Source: Octopus vulgaris (taxonomy: Eukaryota). From it: a stretch of 64,000 nt of DNA. Every line of letters starts with the position of its first letter. The stretch's first letter is position 1. Below the pieces are notes generated by a model. It was not told the DNA's origin. It did not search any database and worked only from the letters and a program-made list of their open reading frames with translations. The DNA lies in assembly GCA_951406725.2 (NCBI GenBank), contig OX597814.1, positions 188,852,001-188,916,000 of the forward strand, in the 5' to 3' direction. Made by a program: the position numbers and the translations under genes. Positions 1 through 12,744 of the stretch are shown one piece after another.

Positions 1-1115
1 TAGAATCCATCAGTTAAAGCTCCCGTCTTACATACAGCCAATACTTTGTTTCCTGTTATTTATTGTCAGGCAGACAAAACTACGTGAAGGGCTGTTAGGT
101 TTCAAGTCTCCGATCAGTCTGCCCTATCGTGTTAGGACTGATTTCCGCAACTGATACAGAAAGACCAACAGTTTGTCCAACGGCTTTAGTTAATAAAACA
201 AATTCTAATAACATAACGAGACACTTCAAACATCTAGCCATCCACTGCACTCAGAACTAACATCATCATACTCGCCTCAATCTTGGTTCCTGATCAAAGG
301 AAGTCTGGACAAAGCAGTAAGGCTGGTGATGCGATACTATCCCTAACTTCAATCCAGTAGAGTAAAAAGTCAACTTAAATTATGTCCCGAAACATCTCTG
401 TTCTGAATGGGTTGTTGTTTCACTGTCCATTTTCATGGAAACACTCCATTGTGATTGGCGTCGAATGAGAGGATTCATTCAAGATTTTTTCAAATCGCCA
501 GAGAACAACAGAACCAATGAATAGTTTTTTCTCTTGACCTACTTATCTCCCAACATTCGATCAAAAGACCTAAAAACATTTTGATTAACTTCTATCGACC
601 AGAATACATCAGTCGCTGGATGTTAATATAACTCAATGCCTTTAGTGTGTAAAATTGCTCATTCATGTTTCTTCATACCCTGAATAATATACAGCTTATC
701 ATAGTTCGTTCCACTAGTTATGTCGAGATAAACTTTGCTGCTCCACATAGCGAGATGGATGAAATGAGTAAAAGACTAAAAATACTGTGTTGATATATTA
801 GACGAACACACTTGAGAGTGATGCTGCAGTCTTCTTCTTCTTTCATCCAGTACAACTAAAATCGCCAACATTTTCATGGCACTATAACAATTTGTAGCTA
901 ACCAACAAACCAGCTGAATAAACAGTGCCTAATATAAAGATATATCACGACCAACATACCTTGCTCCACCGACAGATTCCGGACAAACTGATCACTAAAT
1001 TTTACAAATAGTACCATAAATTACTAATAGTGCAACTACTACAACTGCTGTTACTGCTGCTGCCCCGATGCTGATGCTGATCTAACGGTACCACTGCTGC
1101 TGCTACCGCTTCTAC

Positions 1116-1152
<37 letters not shown>

Positions 1153-1210
1153 CTTCTTCTTCTTCTTCTTCTTCTTCTTCTTCTTCTTCTTCTTCTTCTT
1201 CTTCTTCTTC
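1116..1210. repeat. (TTG)n/(TTC)n microsatellite
   Basis: Perfect trinucleotide runs read directly; source of the poly-K/N ORF. Confidence 0.95.
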
Positions 1211-1504
1211 TCCTTCCAATCTGGACTCACGCCATTAGTCACAAAGAATAATCTCTAATTCGAGCTTACTCTAAGCTACTAAGAATGCGTGTGGCAACTT
1301 GAAGATCCACCCACCACACGCGATAGACTGGCGGTTTCACGGGCGCGAAAGCTACGTTGTTATCCTCATTCCGTAACCGGTGGCTTTTATTCTTAACGGG
1401 TGGAGAGCTGAACCATCCTGGGGTACAGAGGATTCACAATCTAGACTAGGGCCTGAAAGTTTACCATAACATAGTGGGTTACACCATGGTTCCTCTGCTT
1501 TGTG

Positions 1505-1700
1505 GCAGAAGTAGGGAGAAAGAGTGAGAGAAAGTTGTGGTGAAAGAGTACAGCGGGGTTCACCCCCACCCCCGCCGGAGCCTCGTGGAGCTTAGGTGTT
1601 TTTGCTCAATAAACACTCACAATGCCCGGTCTGGGAATCGAAACCGCGTTCTTACGACCGCGAGTCCGCTGCCCTAACCACTGGGCCATTGCGCCTCCAC
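1505..1700 (-). mobile_element. tRNA-derived SINE family A, 5' half only
   Basis: Reverse complement of the head seen at 36088 (ggaggcgcaatggcccagtggttagggcagcggactcgcgg...gtttcgattccc; Pol III A and B boxes). Confidence 0.85.
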
Positions 1701-2042
1701 TGATGCTGTAATAGGAAGGCACTTCAATGATTGAAAGTAAGGAATAAAATAATAAAGGGCAGCTATTTAAAAATAAGAAATATGTTTGGAAGTAATTAGT
1801 GTAGATATTTTAAAACGGTTTCAATCCCGTTGAACTTGAACATTGATATAAAGAGTTCTGGTGGAAGACCGATTTATCTCATTGGAACGGCAATTAGTTC
1901 TTAACATGCACCCATCTCTACAGTTTTCTTATCTTGCAAAATCATTCTAGCTAGGCTTGAGCAATTGATTATAGTGAGATGTAGAATATGGAGAACGACA
2001 GATAAACAAAATGAAGGAGATGGTAAAAAGAGATAATTAACA

Positions 2043-2077
<35 letters not shown>

Positions 2078-2418
2078 GTAACAGAAAATACACAAACGCG
2101 GAGGAAATAGAAGTAAATGTTTAAAGATAACGGGAAAAAAAACTAGGAATATAATATAAGGAAAATTTAAACGAAAAAAAGAAAGAAGGGTATTGAAAGA
2201 AAATATGGTGAAATATAAATGAATGGTGAAGCTGGGGCAGAGGAAAGAGAAAGAAAGAAATAAAGATGTGGACTGGAAGAGAATAAGATTACAGATAAAT
2301 AAATTGATAGACAAAATAAGAAAGATGAGGAGTGAAAAGAAATGAGAGAAAAAGAAAGTGAAAGAGAAAGAAGGAGGAAAAGAAAGTGAGTGACCGAAAG
2401 AAAGTAGAAGAGAAAGAA

Positions 2419-2426
<8 letters not shown>

Positions 2427-2473
<47 letters not shown>
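2427..2473. repeat. (AG)n microsatellite
   Basis: Direct reading. Confidence 0.95.
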
Positions 2474-2480
<7 letters not shown>

Positions 2481-2929
2481 AGAAAGAGTGCCAGAAAGGT
2501 TGGCAAAGATATACGTGGCTTTGACTTGTGAATCGTTATACAGTCACATAGATTCTTGTGAATTTTGGACAGAAACTTCTTCACACACCATATCTGTTAA
2601 TCTTCAGTTTCCAGGATAAGAAATTAGGTCAAAGGATTCAGTACCGATTAGTTTCTTCTCTTTGAATATATTTCATCCCACCATTAGATTTCAAGCGCGT
2701 ACAGGAATTTCTGAAAACCTCTTATCGCTCGTTCCTGGTTGTCGAATCGTATTGAAAAGATTTATCTTCAATGTTTGCTGTAATATATCATTACTAAAGA
2801 TTCCACGAGATTTTCCCCAAGAAATACTCCACTAGCAATTAGTAGAGTTCTACGGCAACCAATCCGTTAAGTGAGTTGATAGTTCATAACCCATCCTAAA
2901 TCCGTAATTTAACCATCACTAATCAGAAG

Positions 2930-2930
<1 letters not shown>

Positions 2931-2963
<33 letters not shown>

Positions 2964-3003
2964 ATATATATATATATATATTTGTGTTTTCATGTTTGGA
3001 TTA

Positions 3004-3065
<62 letters not shown>

Positions 3066-3072
3066 CATATAT

Positions 3073-3167
<95 letters not shown>

Positions 3168-3168
3168 G
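2931..3168. repeat. (TA)n-rich microsatellite cluster (representative of many such tracts)
   Basis: Direct reading; gives YIYIY pseudo-ORFs. Confidence 0.95.
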
Positions 3169-3589
3169 TTTAGATATTCACGTATGTTGTGTAAAATTTG
3201 TGATGGCTTTGTTGTGAGCCCGTGGACCAAATTCTGATTTTAAATATCATATGGTCAAGCAAAGTACATACGCACACACACACAAAATCGTATATATATA
3301 TATATATGGAAAAGGTGCGTAAACATACGCAAAGAAACACATACCTATACGCACAAAACTCTGTGTGTGTGTGTGTGTTGAAAGATAACGTAGAAGAAAT
3401 CAGGAAAGCTGCTAGAAGTGTACAGTACACACACTATTCGCAATGATAAAACACGCCCCACCACTATATTCCTCGCTGAGAAGTAGGTGAATTCGTTGAT
3501 TGAAAGGTAAATAAGTGCATTGTTGGCGTGTAGAAAATATCAGCTGATCCTTCTACAGGGTGAACGTCTATATATATATATATATATAT

Positions 3590-3806
3590 AGTAATGGTGA
3601 GACGACAAAAGAATGAATGAGACCTCGATATTATGTAAATAGAGGAATTTATCTGTAATATAATATGTGACAATTATTCGGTTGTCCATAATAAGACTCG
3701 GAGCTTCGGATGTCGGGGTGGAAACCTGCTCCGGCATCTCGTCAGTTATCAACATCCGAAACTCGGAGTCTTATTATGGCAACCGAATATTTGTCACTTA
3801 TTATAT

Positions 3807-3810
<4 letters not shown>
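3590..3810 (-). mobile_element. Penelope-like terminal-repeat remnant with inverted duplication, between (TA)n tracts
   Basis: About 60-bp inverted arms 3655-3712 / 3752-3810; contains a hammerhead motif. Confidence 0.6.
3690..3750 (-). ncRNA. Minimal type I hammerhead ribozyme motif (GAAG in place of GAAA in this copy)
   Basis: Minus strand reads gataa CTGACGA gatgccgg..ccgacatc c GAAG ctccga GTC ttatt: stems I, II and III with a GUC triplet. The opposite arm keeps GAAACTCGGAGTCTTATT. Confidence 0.65.
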
Positions 3811-3846
<36 letters not shown>

Positions 3847-4034
3847 CAAATAAATAAATATATATATATATAAATATATATTATCAATAATAATAAAGGG
3901 TAAAATTAATTAATTAATTAATAATTAATAATTCTACCAAGTAGTATTCAGCATATTAAAAGGACCATTATCGGTCCTATGTGAATTGTTTTTGAGTATA
4001 TATTGTCTGGGAGATTTTCTTATAGTAAAGAAAT

Positions 4035-5845
4035 GTTAGTTAGTTAGTTAGTTAATTTGGCTCAAAAGCAAATAGCAAGGCCATGTAGGGGGGCATGGAG
4101 TTAAGTACAGGGTGGTGTTCATGTAAAGAGTTCAGGCCACTTGAGGTCCAGGGACGCTTTGAACAAAGCGGTCGTCGGCATCTTCACCATCTCGTCTGGC
4201 AGCTTGTTCCACGGATCCGCAACCCGGACGGAGAAGGCTCCTCTCCTTCGATTGAGATGAAATCGTCGCAGGTAGAGCTTTTCGGAATGACCCCGCAGCC
4301 GACGCTCCGGAGCAGGAGTGAAGAACAGCTCTTTCGAGAGGTTACACTTCCCGCTTATGATGTTGTGGGCGAGAATGAGATCACCACGGCGGCGGCGTTT
4401 TTCAAGAGAACAAAGGTCGAGCGTCCTCAGCCTTTCTTCGTAGGACAAATTTTTGAGACCATGAACCATGCGGGTAGCCAGCCTCTGGACTCTTTCGAGG
4501 TGCTGTATGTCTTTGAGGAGATAAGGAGAAGAGGCTTGAATCCCATACTCCAATATGGGTCTCACCAGCGTGACATAGAGTGGCAGGAATATGGCTGCTG
4601 TGAGCATTCCGAATGACCGTCGAATCAAAAACAGAATTCCGCGCGCTTTGTTGGCAGCATGGACGCACTGGGCCGAAGGCGAAAAGGAGGAATCCACCAA
4701 GATACCCAGGTCCTTTACCTGATCGGTCCTCTCCAGCAGCAGACGACCCGGCTCGAAATCAAGTTGAGTTGCAGGAGTAGAGCCGACAGGCAGATGACAG
4801 CACTTTGACACGTTCAGACACAGGTCCCAATCGTTAGACCACTTCCAAATTTGGTGGAGGCATCGACGAAGATCCTCTATACTACCGCGAGGAGCGACCA
4901 GTTTGATATCGTCGGCAAATAGAAGGGTGTGTTGCGTGAGGTCGTCGGGCAAGTCATTTATGAAGACTAAGAACAACAAGGGCCCAAGCACTGAACCTTG
5001 AGGCACGCCACTGCTCGCACTGGAGACGTCGGACCGCGAACCATTAACTTGAACTTGGAAGGAGCGATCTGAGAGGAAGGCACCAACCCATCGTACAATA
5101 TCCGGATGGAAACTATATGCTTGAAGCTTGACAAGTAGTAGGCGGTGGTTTACCGAGTCAAAAGCTTTGGCAAAGTCCAATAAAACGATGTCAACAGCAT
5201 CACTATTATCGAGGATGCGCGTCACCAATTCTTCCATTACTAGTAAGTTGGTCAAGCATGATCTCTTCGGCACGAAGCCGTGTTGGGAATCAGTGATCGA
5301 GGCTGTGTTTAGGAGGTGGAGCATCATACTTTTCTTAAGGATGGTTTCGAACATCTTGCTGATTATTGATGTAAGGGAAACCGGTCGGTAGTTAAGCGGG
5401 TCTTCGCGGCTCCCTTTCTTGAAAATTGGGCAGATTATCGCTGTTCTCCAGTCTGCAGGTATAACACCCGTCGCCAATGACATATTGAATAGTCGTGTTA
5501 AGGGCTCGCAAATGACCGGAGCCAACGCTTTGATAACCAGTGGGTGTATGCCGTCAGGGCCGTGATCCTTGTTGACATCGAGGCCTTGAATAACACGTTT
5601 GACTTGGTCCCGCGTGATGATCAATCGAAGCATTGGAGGTACCGATCTATCAAATGGAGGGGGTTCACGACCATCATCTTGTTTGAAAATAGTTGAAAAA
5701 GCCTCGGCAAATAATTGACTCTGTTGATAAGGGTCCTCAATCGATACGCCTGTTGAGTCTACCAACGTTGCAATCTGGTTGTTCAAGCGGGAATTCCGCT
5801 GGACATGGGCAAAGAAGGTTTTTGGATTGCTACTGGCATAGCTAG
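4035..5845 (-). mobile_element. 5'-truncated CR1-group LINE with (TAAC)n tail
   Basis: RT ORF, short 3' UTR and (TAAC)n tail at 4035-4053; GC content well above the flanks. Confidence 0.9.
4119..5845 (-). CDS. LINE ORF2 reverse transcriptase, uninterrupted but lacking endonuclease and true start
   Basis: Motifs GPDGIHP, NYRPVSLTS, QHGF, LDFAKAFDSV, GVPQGSVLGPLLF, FADDIKL and C-terminal FSVRVADPWNKLP. The first ~20 aa of the listed ORF (to 5909) appear to be flank. Confidence 0.9.
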
Positions 5846-6329
5846 TTTCTTTGGTTGCTACTTCTAAATTTCGGTATGTGGTGAAGTAACTTTTTTTGTC
5901 CAACCCCAATTATAATTATACTCATAATTATGAAAATTATTGTATAAATATATATATATTTACTTATTTACACCCCCCCCACGTATATATTCAAGGGAAT
6001 CGCCTGCAAGTTAACACGGGACCACTTAACGACAATGTAAACTTCATTTGATTAAGGTATCGCTGGCCCGACGAATAGAGTACCCCTCGTTTGGGCAATT
6101 ACTACTTCCGAGCTTTTTGGTAGCTATGAAACATATGTAGCCTGCATTTTATCTACTCCATTCTCTAATTCTGGCTATGTGTGTGTGTGTATTACTTGTT
6201 GTCGGCATTGAACTGAAATCAAGCTGGGGCTCTGCTTTAAACTAACTGACCCCAGTACATATGTCTTTAAGTCTAGAAAGACCAATTTATACATTAAGCA
6301 CTTTCCTAGAAACTGGTATTTACATATTG

Positions 6330-6470
6330 ACCTGCGGTTTCGTGCGAGAGAATCAGTCGATTAGACCGACCCTAGTACTCAAATGGTGCTTATTTTATCG
6401 ACCCCGAAAGGATGACAAGCTAAGAAGTATTCTGCCCGGCGTGCTAACGATTCTGCCAGCCCGCCGCTTT
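6330..6470 (-). mobile_element. SINE family C, degenerate fragment
   Basis: tatcgaccccgaaaggatga...cccggcgtgctaacgattctgccagc matches family C. Confidence 0.65.
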
Positions 6471-6609
6471 AAACTGGCACCTACATATTGGTTGCTGTGA
6501 AGAACACATTAATTCGTCTTTATAACAATAATATACTACCGAGTTTATTAAAGGTTTACAAGATAATATTGTCTTAACCTGGTTTCATTTTTAAAATTCT
6601 TCTGTGTGT

Positions 6610-6670
<61 letters not shown>

Positions 6671-6698
6671 TATAGCTGTGTAGACATTTATATATTGT

Positions 6699-7207
6699 GA
6701 CCCCCTTCGGTCATGAATGTTCATGGGATGGCACCTAGAAAGTTACCCTCCGAGGCACAAGTCTGGGCAAGGTTGTTTATGGAAGATCAGCAGTCGCCCA
6801 TGCATACCAGCCTCCCCTCTCAACCACACCGATGTTATCCAAGGGAAAGGCAAAGGCCCATACGGCTTGACACCAATGATGTCGTAGCTCATTTATTAAC
6901 GTGCAAGTGGCTGAGCACTCCACAGACCCGCGTACCCTTAACGTAGTTCTTGGGGAGATTCAGCGTGACACAGAGTATGACAAGGCTGGTCCTTTGAAAT
7001 ACCGGTACAAGAGAAACAGGAAGAAAGAGTAAGAGAATGTTGTGGTGAAAGAGTACAGCAGGGTTCACCAGCACCCTTTGCCGGAGCCTCGTAGAGCTTT
7101 AGATGTTTTCGCTCAATAAACACTCACAATGCCCGGTCTGGGAATCGAAACCGCGATCCTACGTCCACGAGTCCACTACCCTAACCACTGGGTCATTGCG
7201 CCTCCAC
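6699..7207 (-). mobile_element. Chimeric SINE: family A head/body fused to family D 3' half
   Basis: 7207-6895 matches family A; 6894-6699 matches the 3' half of 26890-27223; near-perfect TSD agacatttatata (6682-6694) / agatatttatata (7208-7220). Confidence 0.8.
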
Positions 7208-7270
7208 AGATATTTATATACGGAGTGACAAAATAAAAACACTACAATTAAATAATTGTCTCATCATATA

Positions 7271-7674
7271 CTCTTTTTACTCTTTTACTTGTTTCAGTCA
7301 TTTGACTGCGGCCATGCTGGAACACCACCTTTAATCGAGCAACTCGACACCGGGACTTATTCTTTTGTAAGCCCAGTACTTATTCTATCGGTCTCTTTTG
7401 CCGAACCGTTAAGTAACGGGGACATAAACACGCCAGCATCGGTTGTCAAGCAATGCTAGGGAGACAAACACAGACATACAAACACACACACGCATATATA
7501 TACATATATACGACGGGCTTCTTTCAGTTTCCGTCTACCAAATCCACTCACAAGGCTTTGGTCAGCCCGAGGCTATAGTAGAAGACACTTGCCCAAGGTG
7601 CCACGCAGTGGGACTGAACCCGGAACCATGTGGTTGGTAAACAAGCTACTTACCACACAGCCACTCCTGCGCCT
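7271..7674 (-). mobile_element. tRNA-derived SINE family B (CORE-like segment, internal TA/TG tract)
   Basis: Head aggcgcaggagtggctgtgtggtaag..gggttcagtccc, accttgggcaagtgtc segment and gtaaaagag tail; many copies in window. Confidence 0.9.
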
Positions 7675-7829
7675 ATGATATATAATAATATAAAATAAAT
7701 AAGACAGTGTTCTGGATAGGTTTGAGTAACATTGCACAGTCAATAGACGCCAGTTCGAGTATTTACGAAATGAAACCTATTAAAATATAAAGAAATTGTA
7801 AGGTAAACCTATTTTTGAACCATCCTGTA

Positions 7830-8000
7830 TATACGACGGAATTCCACACAGTTGCACAATTTTCGTCTACCAAATTCATTCATAAGGCATTGCTTAGCCC
7901 GGGCCTATAGTTGAAGACATTTGCCCAAGGTACCATACAGTGGATTGAACTCGAAACCACGTCGTTGAAATGCGAACTTAAATACACCATATTGCCTGTG
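7830..8000 (-). mobile_element. SINE family B, old degenerate 5' part
   Basis: cgtctaccaaattcattcataaggc...gaagacatttgcccaaggtacc similarity. Confidence 0.6.
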
Positions 8001-8129
8001 CATAATTTTTAGACTATTTTACTGTGAGGCCACTCATTCATTATGGCACATTTTTCGTTGCCATACGTTCTACACATCCGTCGTTGATAGAAGTAGAAGA
8101 GAGACTAACTAGAAAGACAAGACGTATAT

Positions 8130-8655
<526 letters not shown>

Positions 8656-8747
8656 AATTCCCAGCTTGCTAGAAATTCAATTCGAATCTCTCGAAACAAC
8701 GAGAGATCTGCAGCCTACGTAAGAGCAGCAAATGTTTCTTTAACTTT

Positions 8748-9843
8748 TCATAACTTAGCATCTTAAAAATGAATTATAGATTAAATAACATAGTCCAAAA
8801 TATTGTATAACTGAAAGAAAAAATAGCAAGAAATATATGATGGTCAAAGGTGAGATTTGTTTAATCAGAGCTAACCTGGAGCAAAGCAATATCTTATATT
8901 GAATATTAAATAAAAGATGGCTGATTTAGACCATAGGCTTTCAGGTTTGTCCAATAAAATAGAATTGTTTTTTATTATATTTTCTATGTATCATAGATTT
9001 TCTATTGCATAAGTTAAAGTTTGATATCAGATTTTACGATTATTCATGAAGGCAGCTTGTTTATAATTTCTAAGACTGTAAGCGAACAATGCTATTATTA
9101 ATTATTATGTCTTTCTTTCTTTTTTTTTATATATTTTTCTTTTGTAATCTCTTCCTATCCAACTATCAACAAAGAATGCCTGGTCGAATGCATCGTGCAG
9201 TAACAATATATTTTAGAAATAGCATTTATCCAACTTACTACTTCTGATTATATTTATCACTTTAGTTCTAACTTCGAATTTCATTCAAGAAAATAACACC
9301 CATGTATATATACATACATACTCATAACTTAGCATCTTAAAAATGAATTATAGATTAAATAACATAGTCCAAAATATTGTATAACTGAAAGAAAAAATAG
9401 CAAGAAATATATGATGGTCAAAGGTGAGATTTGTTTAATCAGAGCTAACCTGGAGCAAAGCAATATCTTATATTGAATATTAAATAAAAGATGGCTGATT
9501 TATATATATATATATTTTCTATATTTTCTATTGCATATTAAAGTTTGATATCAGATTTTACGATTATTCATGAAGGCAGCTTGTTTATAATTTCTAAGAC
9601 TGTAAGCGAACAATGCTATTATTAATTATTATGTCTTTCTTTCTTTTTTTTTATATATTTTTCTTTTGTAATCTCTTCCTATCCAACTATCAACAAAGAA
9701 TGCCTGGTCGAATGCATCGTGCAGTAACAATATATTTTAGAAATAGCATTTATCCAACTTACTACTTCTGATTATATTTATCACTTTAGTTCTAACTTCG
9801 AATTTCATTCAAGAAAATAACACCCATGTATATATACATACAT

Positions 9844-9845
<2 letters not shown>
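8748..9845 (+). repeat. Near-identical tandem duplication of ~575 bp
   Basis: 8748-9321 is repeated at 9323-9845; copy 2 has an internal segment replaced by a TA run. Confidence 0.9.
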
Positions 9846-9897
<52 letters not shown>

Positions 9898-10003
9898 GGG
9901 ATATAACTATGCATATGTATGCCTCTATAAATATATATATATACATATATATATATGTATTTATATATATATATATATATATACATAATACTTACATATA
10001 TAT

Positions 10004-10076
<73 letters not shown>

Positions 10077-12134
10077 CACATACATACATATATATGTACA
10101 TATATACATGCATACATGCACAAAACTTGGTATTTTAGACAAAAGATTGTGGGTGGTGAAAGATTAATTTACTTACTTATTCAATCTAGCCTCTAGTGGC
10201 TGAGATAGTGTACAGGATAATTCTAATTTAATACTAACACTCTTTATTTTTTCTTCTTTTTTGTTCCACAGATATAATGTTAAATTTCTTGGGGCTGTAA
10301 CATTTTAACAATCCTCTCGAATTTACCCAATGACATTTGTAGAGTGTCTTATCCTCATGCTCGATCTCTTTTTCTTCCAGTACGTTACATTTCGTAGATG
10401 TCAATCTCTGTTTGTTATGTTCTGTTTCGTATCTTTCTCATTTAAACTTTACCCGACATTTCATACCCGTCCCTTTAATTCTCATCTATTTCAGTTTCGT
10501 TTACAAGAAAGCCATCAGCATATATTTATGTTCTCTTTAAGGATATTTGGATTAAAGGGGGGCAGTTTACAGCAGATCCGTTTATTCTTTCTCTCATTCA
10601 GTTTTATTTAAGTGACAGTTTTTATGTTTCCCAAATTATTTTTAATAAAATATTTGAAATAACTTTGTGTTTGTTGTTTTGTCTTTCATTGATATATCCT
10701 ATTTTCGAACAATCATCTTATTGAAACCGAGGAGCAGTATCTATAGAAAATTAATTCTTGTATCTAACGGATATATAACTTGTTATGTAATCTTTCCCAT
10801 CCATCGCTTCCACATAAATGCATGTTGTTTTATTAAACTTAAGGTCAATTTTGTTTAGGTGGTGCTAATCTCTTTTAATCAACCAAACAATACGACAATT
10901 CTTGAATTTAGCTTTCTCAGTATAAAAGGTAAAGTTGTATACTAATTTGACTCTAAATCCGAGACGTAAATCATCAGAGACTTATATATTACAACAGTGT
11001 CTCTACCATAGCAATCATTTACTTTCCATAAAAATGTCAGATAATTTATGTTATCACATGTATCTGCAGAAGACGAACTGTTTTTAGCTGTTGCAATTAT
11101 TTCTTACTTTTCTAAATTATTTGTTTTACGTAGGAACAGTAACCTTGTGTCTTTGTCTGACTCATTATCATTTGGTGGTCGTGAAATAAACTACAACTTA
11201 CTTTTGACGTCAGTAGCGGTAATAGCGGTGTTTGGTTTATATTATCAAGGATAAATAATGGTCACGATGTAGGGTGAACTATGCTCTTGATCTATCTTTA
11301 GAAAGCTTTAAAATTTTCTAGTTACAGATTCTTTTTAACATTTCACTAACGACAGTGGATTAAGAGAGTCAGATGATCGGGAAAATGGCTTCCGTATTTG
11401 TTCTGACTCTTAAGAATCCGGGTTTATATTTCGCCAGGTCACCTTTGCTTTTGCCTTTCAGGGGACTTTGAGTGCATTTAGTATCCCTTTTCAAGTATGT
11501 ACAAACACTAATGAAGGAGGTGTTGCTCGGAACATTTCTAGGCGTTAAAAAAAATCGTCCCTAATCTTGCAGATCACATACTTGCTCATTCCAAAATGTC
11601 TAAGAAAGATTTGACTGTTGGGATATCCAAAAAAGGGCTCATGTACTAGTTATGGCTCACGTAAAATCGTTCATAGAATTAATCAAAGATCTTATGAGTA
11701 TCTTGTCTTTTATAAGCTGCGCATAATTGAAGACATTCTCCACGGCAATCAGCACTTAAGTTGTATCGAGATAGCCATGCAAATTCGTTAAGCCTGCCAT
11801 CAGAATTCGTTTGTCGTGCGAAGAACTGTGAATTTCATCGCGATATTTCAGAAATGAGCTCACCATCCCAGTTTTGTTAGTCCTTGCTTTTCTGTTTCAG
11901 AATAGGAAACATTTCTATATTTTTACTTGTTCTGTTGTTTATAGCAGCTTGTTGAAACTCTTTGCTTTTCAATTTCTCATCATTTTCACACATATATATA
12001 GTACCTATGAGGATATTTAGACCTCTTATAGGTATATTTTTGCCCACGATACACTGGTTTAATATATTATATATTCAAGACATATTTCTTCAATGAATAT
12101 ACTACATAAAATATCAAATATTATTATCAAGCAC

Positions 12135-12248
12135 ATTATTTACATTCGATGGATATTTGTCCTCATCTTGTTTGATATACATTTCAGCCTTCATCAGGTG
12201 TCTTGGGGAAATTTCGAACCTGGGTTCTCATTCCTAAGTAATTTTCGA

Positions 12249-12328
<80 letters not shown>

Positions 12329-12610
12329 TCGCTCTTAACCACTACACCATATGCTCGTGGGCAATTATGGAGTGAATGTTAGGGCTTATAAATCTAATAT
12401 TTTCCTATCCTTCCTTAAATATTAGATTTATAAGCCCTAAAATTCACTCCATAATTGCCCACGGGAAATTTCCTCAAGACACCTGATGAAGGCTGGAGGG
12501 TATATCAGCCGAAATGTTGTGTTAACAACAAACAAGATGAGGACAAATATCCGTCAAATGTAAATAATGTAAATAACGTACATAATTCCTCCTCTTGTAA
12601 GTATAGAACT
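12135..12610. mobile_element. Penelope-like inverted terminal-repeat remnant
   Basis: 12135-12215 is an internally deleted inverted copy of 12466-12570; ~47-bp-arm hairpin at 12356-12463; (TTA)n at 12252-12323. Confidence 0.6.
12478..12523 (+). ncRNA. Minimal type I hammerhead ribozyme motif (canonical CUGAUGA core)
   Basis: gacac CTGATGA a ggctg gagggtatat cagcc GAAA t GTT gtgtt. Confidence 0.7.
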
Positions 12611-12744
12611 GCATTATTATCATGTTTGAAAATGGAGAGATCTAATGGATACAAATTAATTTAGTAATTAATTAACATCTTCACCCTCAATTGTTTCATT
12701 TTTCTATCAAAATTAAGATTACAAAACACATAAATACGCCGGCC

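Noticed and set aside
1-1030. Complex sequence possibly from a decayed LINE or an exon
   Set aside because: No readable motif or ORF; cannot classify by eye.
1901-2584. 227-aa hydrophobic ORF
   Set aside because: Translation of purine-rich low-complexity sequence and (AG)n/(AAT)n repeats; no domain motifs.
4095-4616. 173-aa plus-strand ORF (also 5128-5391, 22768-23604, 18493-18822)
   Set aside because: Antisense shadows of retroelement ORFs.
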